The notes under the pieces: generated by a model
The model's input: the letters and a program-made list of their open reading frames with translations, nothing else
Databases searched by the model: none
Told to the model about the DNA's origin: nothing
Origin: Flavobacteriales bacterium
GTDB taxonomy: Bacteria; Bacteroidota; Bacteroidia; Flavobacteriales; TMED113
Length of the DNA stretch: 64,000 nt
Direction of reading: 5' to 3'
Assembly: GCA_002701365.1 (NCBI GenBank)
Contig: NZUK01000009.1
Span: forward strand, 42,503-106,502
Made by a program: the position numbers and the translations under genes
Part shown: positions 19,425 to 28,190 of the stretch, piece by piece
How positions within the stretch are numbered: position 1 is the first letter of the stretch
Layout of the letters: every line of letters begins with the position of its first letter

Positions 19425-20365
19425 AATCTATATTTTTTAATAAATGTTTGGTCACTAAAGATCTGAACACTAAAGCCAGCATGTGAGCTAGATTTAATTT
19501 CTCTGCCATATAAATCGAACTCTTTTATTAAAGATTTTTTCTGTTCATGATCACTTAAATCAGTAGAAAAACAAGAAGATAAGTTAGAGTCAATATCCCA
19601 CGCATCAAATATGACGCTCTCAAGAGACGCAAAACCATTAGTAGTATAAGTACTTGTAAAAGGAGGGTCATTAGACATAACTACTGTTGAATAGTCTGAA
19701 TAAATCGTAGTGAGGCCATTAATACATAAGGCAAAATAATAGGATTCGCCCTCCATGAAACCATCTATCTCAGAAGTTGTTGAATCATCCCCCCACGCAG
19801 CAAGACCAATATTAGCCGAACTGTTCCACTGAGTATAACCAAAAAAGTTATTAGGATTAGAATCAGAAATTACACCAATCCACATTGGACAATCTATTTC
19901 AGTAAGTGGAATTGTTGCAGTTGGAGTTTGAATTACTATATTTTCAAAATTCGATTCTTGAATAGCTATAGTAGCATTACTAGCTGTAAACACTAAATCC
20001 CATTCACAGGGGGGTTGAACAATTATTGTTCCTGTCATGCCATTTATCGCATGACTTCCAACAGAACAATCATAATTATATGTTCCAGGGATCATGAATT
20101 CATGAGTATAAATCACTGCACCTACGGTACTAATTGGTGAAGAATTGAACGATTCAGGGTTATTAAAAGAGACATTATTTACAGAGTTAATATCACCGTT
20201 AACATCGTGCAAACCTCCGTCATTTATCCATTGTACTATATCACCGGCGTTTATAGTAAGTTGGCTAGGGTTGTAGTAATAAGAACCTGCGTTTATAGTG
20301 TGAGTAGTTTGAGAGATTGTTATACTAAAGATATACAGCAATAAGTAAAGTGTGTTTTTTTTCAT
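19421..20365 (-). CDS. T9SS-secreted type-1 copper (cupredoxin / plastocyanin-like) protein with an unknown middle domain
   Basis: 314 aa with a signal peptide. The cupredoxin domain has ligand pattern His (GGLHDVNG) ... Cys-x4-His-x4-Met (YDCSVGSHAINGMTGTIIV). The C-terminus LIKEFDLYGREIKSSSHAGFSVQIFSDQTFIKKYRF resembles a type A T9SS sorting domain. Confidence 0.75.
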   Translation of the reverse strand: MKKNTLYLLLYIFSITISQTTHTINAGSYYYNPSQLTINAGDIVQWINDGGLHDVNGDINSVNNVSFNNPESFNSSPISTVGAVIYTHEFMIPGTYNYDCSVGSHAINGMTGTIIVQPPCEWDLVFTASNATIAIQESNFENIVIQTPTATIPLTEIDCPMWIGVISDSNPNNFFGYTQWNSSANIGLAAWGDDSTTSEIDGFMEGESYYFALCINGLTTIYSDYSTVVMSNDPPFTSTYTTNGFASLESVIFDAWDIDSNLSSCFSTDLSDHEQKKSLIKEFDLYGREIKSSSHAGFSVQIFSDQTFIKKYRF

Positions 20366-20371
20366 TTTAAT

Positions 20372-23300
20372 TTATTCTATAACAAGTTGCTTGACAAATA
20401 ATTGGTCATTTATCATAATATTGACAAAGTAAACACCACTGCCATACGTACTTATATCAATTTCTTTATATAAGTCTTTCATGTAGTCATTCTCTTTCAT
20501 CAAAGATTGACCAAGAACATTATTTATCGAAATTGAGACGTCGGAATTATTATTCAATTCAAGCTTCAAAGCAACCTGGTAAGATGCAGGATTTGGATAC
20601 ATAGCAATAGAAATTCCGTCATAATTAACCACATTTATACCTTGACATGATTCAGTGTCATTAATCATAATAACATTTTCATAATCTTGATTAACAACAT
20701 CAATTATAGATTCAATACAAGTATTTGACTCTATAGATGAGTAATAAATTCTACATAATGGAGCTGGCTCATAATTCTTCATAATTAGTGAATCCTGATA
20801 AGAAATACCCAAAACCATTCCTGCTGGATTAAAATTAATATCAACCTGATAATCAGAAACTAAATTTTCAATAGATGAAATTGAAATATTTCCCATTATA
20901 AATTGATAACCTAAAACTTCATTATTTGGGTTTAAAATATGAATGTCAACGTAGCCATCTTCTAAGTTAAGCTCTCCAATGCTAAAAGTAACAGTATCAT
21001 TTGGATTAGTAATTTCCAATCCAAACTCACATGGTTCTGACTGATTATCTCTTGTAATTTCTTCTGAATTTTCTATACAATTAACAAGTAATGCAACATC
21101 GGTAACAGTTATATTACCATCCATATCTAAATCGTTGCAAGAATTGGCATCTATATCTTCTGCAACAATATTTAAAGAATATTCTTCAAGATCATATATA
21201 TCCAAAGAAGTATCTAAATTTAAATCTCCAGGCATTGATTCGCCTCCACAAATACCGTTACAATCATACTGAGCATTTCCAAATTCGACCCCAAAACAAT
21301 CAGTATACACAGGGCAATCAGATAAACCATACGCTAGGTTGTCCACATCATTTAATAATCCATCACCATCAATATCATCATCAGAACTATTCATAATACC
21401 ATCACCATCCACATCAGGATCATTTATATTAGAAATACCATCACTATCAATATCTATAGCCATATAATAACCTTTAGTTCCATCATCATTTGTAAATACT
21501 CCAATACATGTTTGTTCCCAATTATTTTCATAACTAAGCTCTATGTTTCCTAAAGCATCTGGATCTTGATCCCAATTAGTCCTAACCACAAAAGTATATT
21601 CACCATCAGGCACATTAGTAATATCAATCCACTGACACGAAAGACCAGATCCATAGATATCACCACAACCAGCTGAAATACCCATTATACTACATCCATA
21701 TGTATAATTTCCGGCAGGAACTCCTAATTCTTCATCACCACTACACTCTAAATCCATAACACAAAAACCATTTTTAAACCCAACAGGAAGAATTTGACCA
21801 TCAGAATCAAATAAAACATATTCAGCATATCCTTTGTAATGCCAGTGATTATGACATTCATCCCACTCAAATTGACTAGTTTCTTCATTATCCGAAACAG
21901 AACCAATAAAATAATCTAAATTACCTACGTTTTTAATCCAAGTATCGAATCTAATGATGGACCTATCTCCGTAACCAGTAAGACAACCTTCTTCAATTGC
22001 ACAACCATCTTCGTTACTATAGTTTTGTAAATACATACTATTTTCAAAAGGCATAACAAGAAGATCAGGACCATTTACACAATCAGGATTTCCTGGGTAA
22101 ATACATGAATTATCATCTATCTCTGCAATAGGATTAAAATTACATGCAGATGGATCTATACATCCTGAAACGGGACCTACATAGTTTAACTCCCAATCAA
22201 TATTATTGCAGTCGGCTTTGATTCTAATATAATAAGTTTCACCAGCTGACATTAATGGGAATACCTGAGATTGAACTCCACATAGATCATCGTTATAATA
22301 TATTGTAGCATCATTTGCCTCTGTTGGCAAAAGACCAGTGCAATAATCATATACATATATTATTGTATTGCAATTAGATGAACATGTATTGATATCATAT
22401 TGACCATTAGATTCGGGAGTAAATACATACCAATAATCACTTGTCTCTGTTACATAATTTCCAACGCCTATTTCAATAGCAGTATTACAATCATAACCAG
22501 GTGGACAGTTCATCGTTATAGAACTATTATAATTGAAATTTGGGTTTTCTAAAACAAGATTATCTTGATAAAAAACCTGAGCACCTCCACTAGAAAAAAG
22601 CCCATCGCCATAACTATCATATAAATTAAAAACATAACATCCATCGATTGGTAAACAGTATTGAAAAGGATAAGCAGTGTAAGAATCCTGAAAAACCTCA
22701 TTTTCTGTAGCCCATAATACTCCTTGATTATCATTAATAGTAAACGAGGTTTCATATGGATATGGATCTGTATTAATCAATACATCTATTTGAATTTCAT
22801 CTTCCGAACATTCTAAAGAATATAAGCAAGATCCATCATCAAAAGTAGCTTCAGGGTTAAAGTTAATAACTTCTGAATCAGTACAACCATATAGATCTAA
22901 TTCATCACAAATTCCATTTGCATTTAAATCATTTATACAATTTCCTATGCAATCATAGTATTGAGGAGGATATAAACAATTAGATTCATATTGAGCAGTA
23001 CCATCATAATTACAAGCTGCTTCATCCATACAACCATACAAATCACAATTTTCTGAACCAATAAATATATCTTCTACCTGACCATAACCGCCCGGAGCAG
23101 TTTCATTGTTATTAGCAAGTATTACTCCCCCATCGCACATACTTAACTCATACAAGCCACCATCGTTCCAGCCATCACCATAAGAATCATACGAATTAAA
23201 AGTATATGTATTTTCAAAATCTAAACAAACATAAGTTGTATAAATTTGATAATCTGAATAATATGAATTTAGAGGCGGGCTATTTGCCACCAATTGAGTT

Positions 23301-24034
23301 GTAAGAGAATCAGATGTGTTCAGAATTTCCCATGTTATTTCGCTTGACCAAGAACCAATTATTATGTCAATCATAATTAACTGTTGATCATCATTACAAT
23401 CACTTGGATACTCACATGATTCAGGATCTGAAATATCATTATCTTCACTAAAATTTAAAGCAGCAATATCCATACATCCAGTAGTATATTGGCAAGATTC
23501 ATCATCAAGCAAACAATAATCACAATAATTTTCAGCAGAAGGATCTGTACAACCTTGTATATTACAGTAAAGAGTTAATACAAAATCGCCCTCATAACTT
23601 CCATAGCCACTTACATATATATAATAGTCATAATTTGAACTAGCGTAAAATGAGACTTCAGAATGTAAATAGCTACTTTCATCCTCTTCACACACATATC
23701 CATCATCGTTACCTGTAACGCACGAAATATTAAATCCATCATCTTGAAAAACATGCAGTTTAGTGTCAAAAGAAGATCCACACATACGAAGCACGTAATC
23801 AGCATCATCACCCTCGATATAATACCAAACACCTGCGGAATCGTCAACAGATGTTCCGCAATCATTCACACCCCATTCTGTTAATTGAGTTTGATCTGAA
23901 TTGGCACCAATGGTAGTTGAAGATACCGGAGATTCACAGTTAATTAATAATGCATTTGTTATTTCATCGTTGTTTTGTGCAAAAACACACGAAAATGAGA
24001 AAAAAAATATAGTTAGAAAATAATTTAAATTCAT
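20372..24034 (-). CDS. Large T9SS type A cargo protein containing a lysyl-oxidase-like copper amine oxidase domain, thrombospondin type-3 repeats and a dockerin-like module
   Basis: 1220 aa with signal peptide MNLNYFLTIFFFSFSCVFAQ. The LOX block is FEWDECHNHWHYKGYAEYVLFD...GFKNGFCVMDLEC...GCGDIYGSGLSCQWIDITNVPDGEY. TSP3-like: DIDSDGISNINDPDVDGDGIMNSSDDDIDGDGLLNDVDN. Dockerin-like: GDLNLDTSLDIYDL...DLDMDGNITVTDVALLVNCI. The C-terminus MYPNPASYQVALKL...GVYFVNIMINDQLFVKQLVIE is a type A sorting domain. Confidence 0.88.
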   Translation of the reverse strand: MNLNYFLTIFFFSFSCVFAQNNDEITNALLINCESPVSSTTIGANSDQTQLTEWGVNDCGTSVDDSAGVWYYIEGDDADYVLRMCGSSFDTKLHVFQDDGFNISCVTGNDDGYVCEEDESSYLHSEVSFYASSNYDYYIYVSGYGSYEGDFVLTLYCNIQGCTDPSAENYCDYCLLDDESCQYTTGCMDIAALNFSEDNDISDPESCEYPSDCNDDQQLIMIDIIIGSWSSEITWEILNTSDSLTTQLVANSPPLNSYYSDYQIYTTYVCLDFENTYTFNSYDSYGDGWNDGGLYELSMCDGGVILANNNETAPGGYGQVEDIFIGSENCDLYGCMDEAACNYDGTAQYESNCLYPPQYYDCIGNCINDLNANGICDELDLYGCTDSEVINFNPEATFDDGSCLYSLECSEDEIQIDVLINTDPYPYETSFTINDNQGVLWATENEVFQDSYTAYPFQYCLPIDGCYVFNLYDSYGDGLFSSGGAQVFYQDNLVLENPNFNYNSSITMNCPPGYDCNTAIEIGVGNYVTETSDYWYVFTPESNGQYDINTCSSNCNTIIYVYDYCTGLLPTEANDATIYYNDDLCGVQSQVFPLMSAGETYYIRIKADCNNIDWELNYVGPVSGCIDPSACNFNPIAEIDDNSCIYPGNPDCVNGPDLLVMPFENSMYLQNYSNEDGCAIEEGCLTGYGDRSIIRFDTWIKNVGNLDYFIGSVSDNEETSQFEWDECHNHWHYKGYAEYVLFDSDGQILPVGFKNGFCVMDLECSGDEELGVPAGNYTYGCSIMGISAGCGDIYGSGLSCQWIDITNVPDGEYTFVVRTNWDQDPDALGNIELSYENNWEQTCIGVFTNDDGTKGYYMAIDIDSDGISNINDPDVDGDGIMNSSDDDIDGDGLLNDVDNLAYGLSDCPVYTDCFGVEFGNAQYDCNGICGGESMPGDLNLDTSLDIYDLEEYSLNIVAEDIDANSCNDLDMDGNITVTDVALLVNCIENSEEITRDNQSEPCEFGLEITNPNDTVTFSIGELNLEDGYVDIHILNPNNEVLGYQFIMGNISISSIENLVSDYQVDINFNPAGMVLGISYQDSLIMKNYEPAPLCRIYYSSIESNTCIESIIDVVNQDYENVIMINDTESCQGINVVNYDGISIAMYPNPASYQVALKLELNNNSDVSISINNVLGQSLMKENDYMKDLYKEIDISTYGSGVYFVNIMINDQLFVKQLVIE
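21510..22085 (-). other. Lysyl-oxidase (LOX) catalytic-domain-coding segment within the 1220-aa gene
   Basis: Boundaries are approximate. They run from PDCVNGPDLLVMPFEN (near 22085) to LSYENNWEQTC (near 21515). The His-x-His-x-His codons lie at about 21845-21865. Confidence 0.75.
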
Positions 24035-24165
24035 AAATTTTACGTCAATTAAAAATTAGTATAGTTATATAAATATAATCATATAATGTGATATAATTTT
24101 ATTTGAAATTGGTTTTTAAAAAACACAAAACAAAAAAATATAAAATAGGATTGCATAATTTTTAA

Positions 24166-24173
24166 TAAATTTG
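24166..24173 (+). promoter_or_regulatory. Candidate -7 box (TAnnTTTG)
   Basis: Exact match taaatttg 23 nt upstream of the ATG at 24197. Confidence 0.3.
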
Positions 24174-24196
24174 AAAAAAATGATCAATATTTAAAT

Positions 24197-24700
24197 ATGC
24201 TAAACAGAAGAAATATCTTAATAATTAGTTTTATATTATTAGGTGTTATTACACGTATTATTCCACACCCTCCTAATTTTACTGCGCTAGGTGCTATTGC
24301 GATTTTTGGAGGAGCATTTTTAAAAGATAAAAAACTAGCTATCACAATTCCAATGTGTATTATGTTGATGTCTGACTTAATGTTAGGCTACAGTTTAGTC
24401 CCGTCTGTTTACATAAGTTTTGTAATCATGGTTTTTTTAGGATCTTATTTAAAAGAAAAACAAACTGGATTAAGAATTATCAATATTGCTTTTTTAGGTA
24501 GTTTACTATTTTTTTTAATTACAAATTTTAATGTTTTTCTATTTTCATCTTTATATCCCAAAAATATAATTGGATTAATTGAATGTTACACACTAGCAAT
24601 CCCATTTTTCACCAACACGTTGCTATCAAATATCACATATTCTTTAATTATGTTTTATGGATTTAATGTAATTCATAATAAAATTGCAACTACAACATAG
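24197..24700 (+). CDS. Small polytopic membrane protein, DUF6580-like putative transporter component
   Basis: 167 aa with about 5 TM segments. RIIPHPPNFTALGAIAIFGGAFL ... LFFLITNF ... AIPFFTNTLLSNITYSLIMFYGF resembles the DUF6580 pattern as I recall it. Confidence 0.55.
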   Translation: MLNRRNILIISFILLGVITRIIPHPPNFTALGAIAIFGGAFLKDKKLAITIPMCIMLMSDLMLGYSLVPSVYISFVIMVFLGSYLKEKQTGLRIINIAFLGSLLFFLITNFNVFLFSSLYPKNIIGLIECYTLAIPFFTNTLLSNITYSLIMFYGFNVIHNKIATTT

Positions 24701-24701
24701 C

Positions 24702-25820
24702 ATGAAACAAATCATTATTTTAGGTGGCGGAAGAGTCGGTAGTGCAATGGCGCATGACTTATCTAAGAATTACTCTGTCACTGTAGTCGATATTAATAAA
24801 ATTTTACTACAAAAACTAAAGAAAAAAAATCAACGTCTACAAATTATTACTCAAAACCTATCAGATTTAGAAAAAATACAAAAACTAATCAAACCATATG
24901 ATGTAGTTGTATGCGCTGTACCAGGCTTTATGGGCTTTCAAACTTTAAAAACTATTATACAAGCAAAAAAGCACGTTGTTGACATATCCTTTTTTCCAGA
25001 AAATGCGCTTGAATTAAATGATTTAGCAATTAAAAATAAAGTAACTGCATTGGTAGATTTTGGCGTAGCTCCTGGCTTAGGCAATATCTTATTTGGACAT
25101 TACGATCAAACTATGGATATTGATAGCTATGAATGCTATGTTGGTGGACTACCTAAAAAAAAAGAATTACCATTTGAGTATAAAGCGCCTTTCTCTCCTA
25201 TTGATGTAATTGAAGAATACATTAGACCAGCTAGAATATTTGCAAATAGTAAAATAGTTACTAAAGAAGCACTAACTGAATTAGAAACAATATCCTTTGA
25301 TCAAACAGGCGACTTAGAAGCATTTAACACCGATGGACTGAGAAGTTTATTATACACAATGTCTCATGTGCCAAACATGATAGAAAAAACTCTAAGATAC
25401 CCTGGACATGTGCAAAAAATACAATTACTTAAAGACATAGGGTTCTTTGATCAAAAAATAAGAACAGTGAATAATCAAAACTACACACCTCTTGAAATAA
25501 CTGCTGATATTTTAAAAGAAAAATGGTTTTTAAAAGATAAAGAACAAGAGTTTACTGTGATGCGAATAATAATGAACGATAAAAATAAAAAAGTTCAGAT
25601 TGACCTATATGACGAATACGATCATTCCACTGACACTACATCTATGGCAAGAACTACAGGATACACATGTACAGCTGGAGTTAATCTAGTGATCAATAAT
25701 TTATTTACGGATTATGGCATATTTCCTCCTGAAATTATTGGTCAAAAACATGAGTGCTATAATTTCATTATTCAATATCTAGAAGAACGCAACATTATTT
25801 TAGAAACAAAGACTAATTAA
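24702..25820 (+). CDS. Saccharopine dehydrogenase family oxidoreductase (lysine 6-dehydrogenase-like)
   Basis: I prefer the start at ATG 24702 (MKQIIILGGGRVGSAMAHDL Rossmann motif), 1 nt after the upstream stop. Motifs VDFGVAPGLGN and YVGGLP...PFEYKAPFSP...LEAFNTDGLRSL are typical of the family. Confidence 0.8.
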   Translation: MKQIIILGGGRVGSAMAHDLSKNYSVTVVDINKILLQKLKKKNQRLQIITQNLSDLEKIQKLIKPYDVVVCAVPGFMGFQTLKTIIQAKKHVVDISFFPENALELNDLAIKNKVTALVDFGVAPGLGNILFGHYDQTMDIDSYECYVGGLPKKKELPFEYKAPFSPIDVIEEYIRPARIFANSKIVTKEALTELETISFDQTGDLEAFNTDGLRSLLYTMSHVPNMIEKTLRYPGHVQKIQLLKDIGFFDQKIRTVNNQNYTPLEITADILKEKWFLKDKEQEFTVMRIIMNDKNKKVQIDLYDEYDHSTDTTSMARTTGYTCTAGVNLVINNLFTDYGIFPPEIIGQKHECYNFIIQYLEERNIILETKTN

Positions 25821-25875
25821 AAAGATAAATTTCAAGTATATTTACATTTTTTCTGAATCACTAAATAAATCATTT

Positions 25876-26109
25876 ATGACCAATAACATGCCATTAAATA
25901 ACAATTACTCAGTCCTTGCTTTATGTATATCATTTCTAGTACTTGGTCTATTAATTGGCAACTGGACAGGAAGTTGTTCAAAAAAAAACAATTATAACAA
26001 TATGAAAAAATGCAAGTCTTATAACGTAGATGGAGAAGCTGGCAGTACTTGTACATGGGAAAATAAAAAAAATAGATATAAAAAAGAATGTAAAAAAGAT
26101 TCTTTATAG
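25876..26109 (+). CDS. Candidate small membrane-anchored Lys/Cys-rich protein (77 aa)
   Basis: There is one N-terminal TM helix (YSVLALCISFLVLGLLIGNW) followed by a basic tail with 4 Cys. The competing antisense ORF (25874-26200) is Phe/Tyr/Cys-rich junk-like and overlaps the next gene, so the + frame is more plausible. Confidence 0.3.
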   Translation: MTNNMPLNNNYSVLALCISFLVLGLLIGNWTGSCSKKNNYNNMKKCKSYNVDGEAGSTCTWENKKNRYKKECKKDSL

Positions 26110-26135
26110 TTATATAACTTTTAAAATAATAAAAA

Positions 26136-28190
26136 TTGAAAACACATAAAATACTCATATACTCTCTTACGATGTTATTCTTTTTATCATGCAATAACAT
26201 AAACAGCGAAAAACAAGATAAATTTCAGTATCTAACTGAACAATTTGCGGATTTAAAAATGATTAGGTACAAAGTGCCAGGGTTTGAAAATCTTGAATTA
26301 AGGCAAAAGAAATTAATTTATTTTTTATCACAAGCATCTTTGAGTGGTCGAGATATAATATTTGACCAAAATTACAGACACAATTTAAGAGTTCGAAGAA
26401 CATTGGAAACTATAGTTTCCAATTATCCAGGAGATAGAGAAACTGAAGAATTTAATTATTTTATGGAATATACAAAAAGAGTATGGTTCTCAGGGGGAAT
26501 TCACCACCACTATGCATCTAAAAAAATGGAACCAAAATTTTCATCTGAGTATTTTATTAATGAATTAATTAATGAAACTAACTCATCCCAAGACTATGCC
26601 TTTCCTTTATTAGAAGGCGAAGACAAAATGGATCTTGCGAGAGATTTAGATGATATTATTTTTAATTCCAAAAAAGATTCTAAGAGAGTTAATAGAGACG
26701 CTGGCATAGATATAATACTTAATTCTGCAAATAATTACTACGCTCCTAACATTACTGAAAATGATGTTAACACATTTTATCAAAGAGGGATTGAAGATAG
26801 GGCTCCAGAATATGGTTTGAATTCTAAACTTAATAAAGATAATGAAGGCAATATTTATGAACAAACCTACAAAATAGGTGGCATGTATAGTGATGCTTTA
26901 CAAGAAATGATTTATTGGATTGAAAAAGCGAAAGATGTAGCAGAGAATGAGGAACAAAAAAAATCTTTTGAATTACTAATCGAATACTATACAACTGGAG
27001 ATATAAAAAAATGGGATCAGTACTGTGTGCAATGGGTTAAAACACAAACAGATATAGACTGGATTAATGGTTTTGTAGAAGTATATGGAGATGCTGCAGG
27101 AAGAAAAGGTGCTTATGAGTCAATTGTACAGATTAAAGACATGGAAGCCTCAAAAACAACAGAAGTGATTAATGAATACGTACAGTGGTTTGAAGACAAC
27201 TCTAGTATTATGAATGAACACAAAAAAGAAAATGTGGTTGGAGTAAGTTATAAAGTTGTTACTGTCGCTATGGAATCAGGTGACGCATCACCTTCTTCAC
27301 CAATTGGAGTAAATTTGCCGAACAATAATTGGATTCGGACAGAACAGGGCTCCAAATCTGTAAGTCTGGGAAATTTAATTGCAGCATATAGTGGAGCCGC
27401 TACCGGATCAGGTTTCTTAAATGAATTTTGTTATTCACAGGAAGAAATTGATCGTGCACAAAAATATGGAGAGACTGCTGATAAACTGGGAACACTATTA
27501 CATGAGGTTGTTGGTCATGCTTCAGGAAAAATAAATGAAGGAGTTGGAACACCAAAAGAAACATTAAAAAACTATAAATCAACATTAGAAGAAGCTAGAG
27601 CTGACTTGGTTGCATTATATTATATTATGAATGATAAACTGGTAGAGATTGGATTAATGGAATCTCTAGAATGCGGTAAAGCAGAATATGAATCCTACAT
27701 CCGGAATGGATTAATGCTTCAATTGAGGAGGATTGAAGTAGGGCAAAATATTGAGCAAGACCATATGAGAAACAGACAACTTGTCTCATCCTGGGCTTAT
27801 AAAAAAGGACTATCTGATAATGTCATTGAAAAAAAGACTAAAAATGAAAAAACATTCTTTGTTGTTAATGATTACAAAAAATTGCAAAATATTTTTGGTC
27901 AGTTATTACGAGAAATCCAACGTATTACATCTGAAGGAGATTTTGAAGCAGGACAAGCTTTAGTTGAAGATTATGGTGTACAGGTTGATTTAGACATACA
28001 CAAAGAGGTATTAGAAAGATCTAAGCAATTTAATAGTGCACCATATGGAGGTTTTATTAACCCAAAGTACACTTTAATAACAAATAGCAATGGAGAAATT
28101 AATGATGTAAAAATTAATTACCCTGACGATTTTACAACGCAGATGATGGAATATGCTAAAACATATTCATTCCTGCCCCATGTTAATTAA
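26136..28190 (+). CDS. Peptidase family M49 (dipeptidyl-peptidase III-like) lipoprotein
   Basis: 684 aa. The zinc motifs HEVVGH and EEARAD correspond to the M49 HExxGH / EExRA(E/D) pair. The N-terminus LTMLFFLSCNN is a lipobox. The track start is TTG at 26136, and an in-frame ATG (MLFFLSC) lies 36 nt downstream. Confidence 0.8.
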   Translation: MKTHKILIYSLTMLFFLSCNNINSEKQDKFQYLTEQFADLKMIRYKVPGFENLELRQKKLIYFLSQASLSGRDIIFDQNYRHNLRVRRTLETIVSNYPGDRETEEFNYFMEYTKRVWFSGGIHHHYASKKMEPKFSSEYFINELINETNSSQDYAFPLLEGEDKMDLARDLDDIIFNSKKDSKRVNRDAGIDIILNSANNYYAPNITENDVNTFYQRGIEDRAPEYGLNSKLNKDNEGNIYEQTYKIGGMYSDALQEMIYWIEKAKDVAENEEQKKSFELLIEYYTTGDIKKWDQYCVQWVKTQTDIDWINGFVEVYGDAAGRKGAYESIVQIKDMEASKTTEVINEYVQWFEDNSSIMNEHKKENVVGVSYKVVTVAMESGDASPSSPIGVNLPNNNWIRTEQGSKSVSLGNLIAAYSGAATGSGFLNEFCYSQEEIDRAQKYGETADKLGTLLHEVVGHASGKINEGVGTPKETLKNYKSTLEEARADLVALYYIMNDKLVEIGLMESLECGKAEYESYIRNGLMLQLRRIEVGQNIEQDHMRNRQLVSSWAYKKGLSDNVIEKKTKNEKTFFVVNDYKKLQNIFGQLLREIQRITSEGDFEAGQALVEDYGVQVDLDIHKEVLERSKQFNSAPYGGFINPKYTLITNSNGEINDVKINYPDDFTTQMMEYAKTYSFLPHVN

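Noticed and set aside
25874-26200. 108-aa minus-strand ORF in the spacer before the M49 gene
   Set aside because: The Phe/Tyr/Cys/Leu-rich translation has no signal or domain logic, and it overlaps the M49 start region. The + strand small ORF is the more plausible reading, and even that has low confidence.
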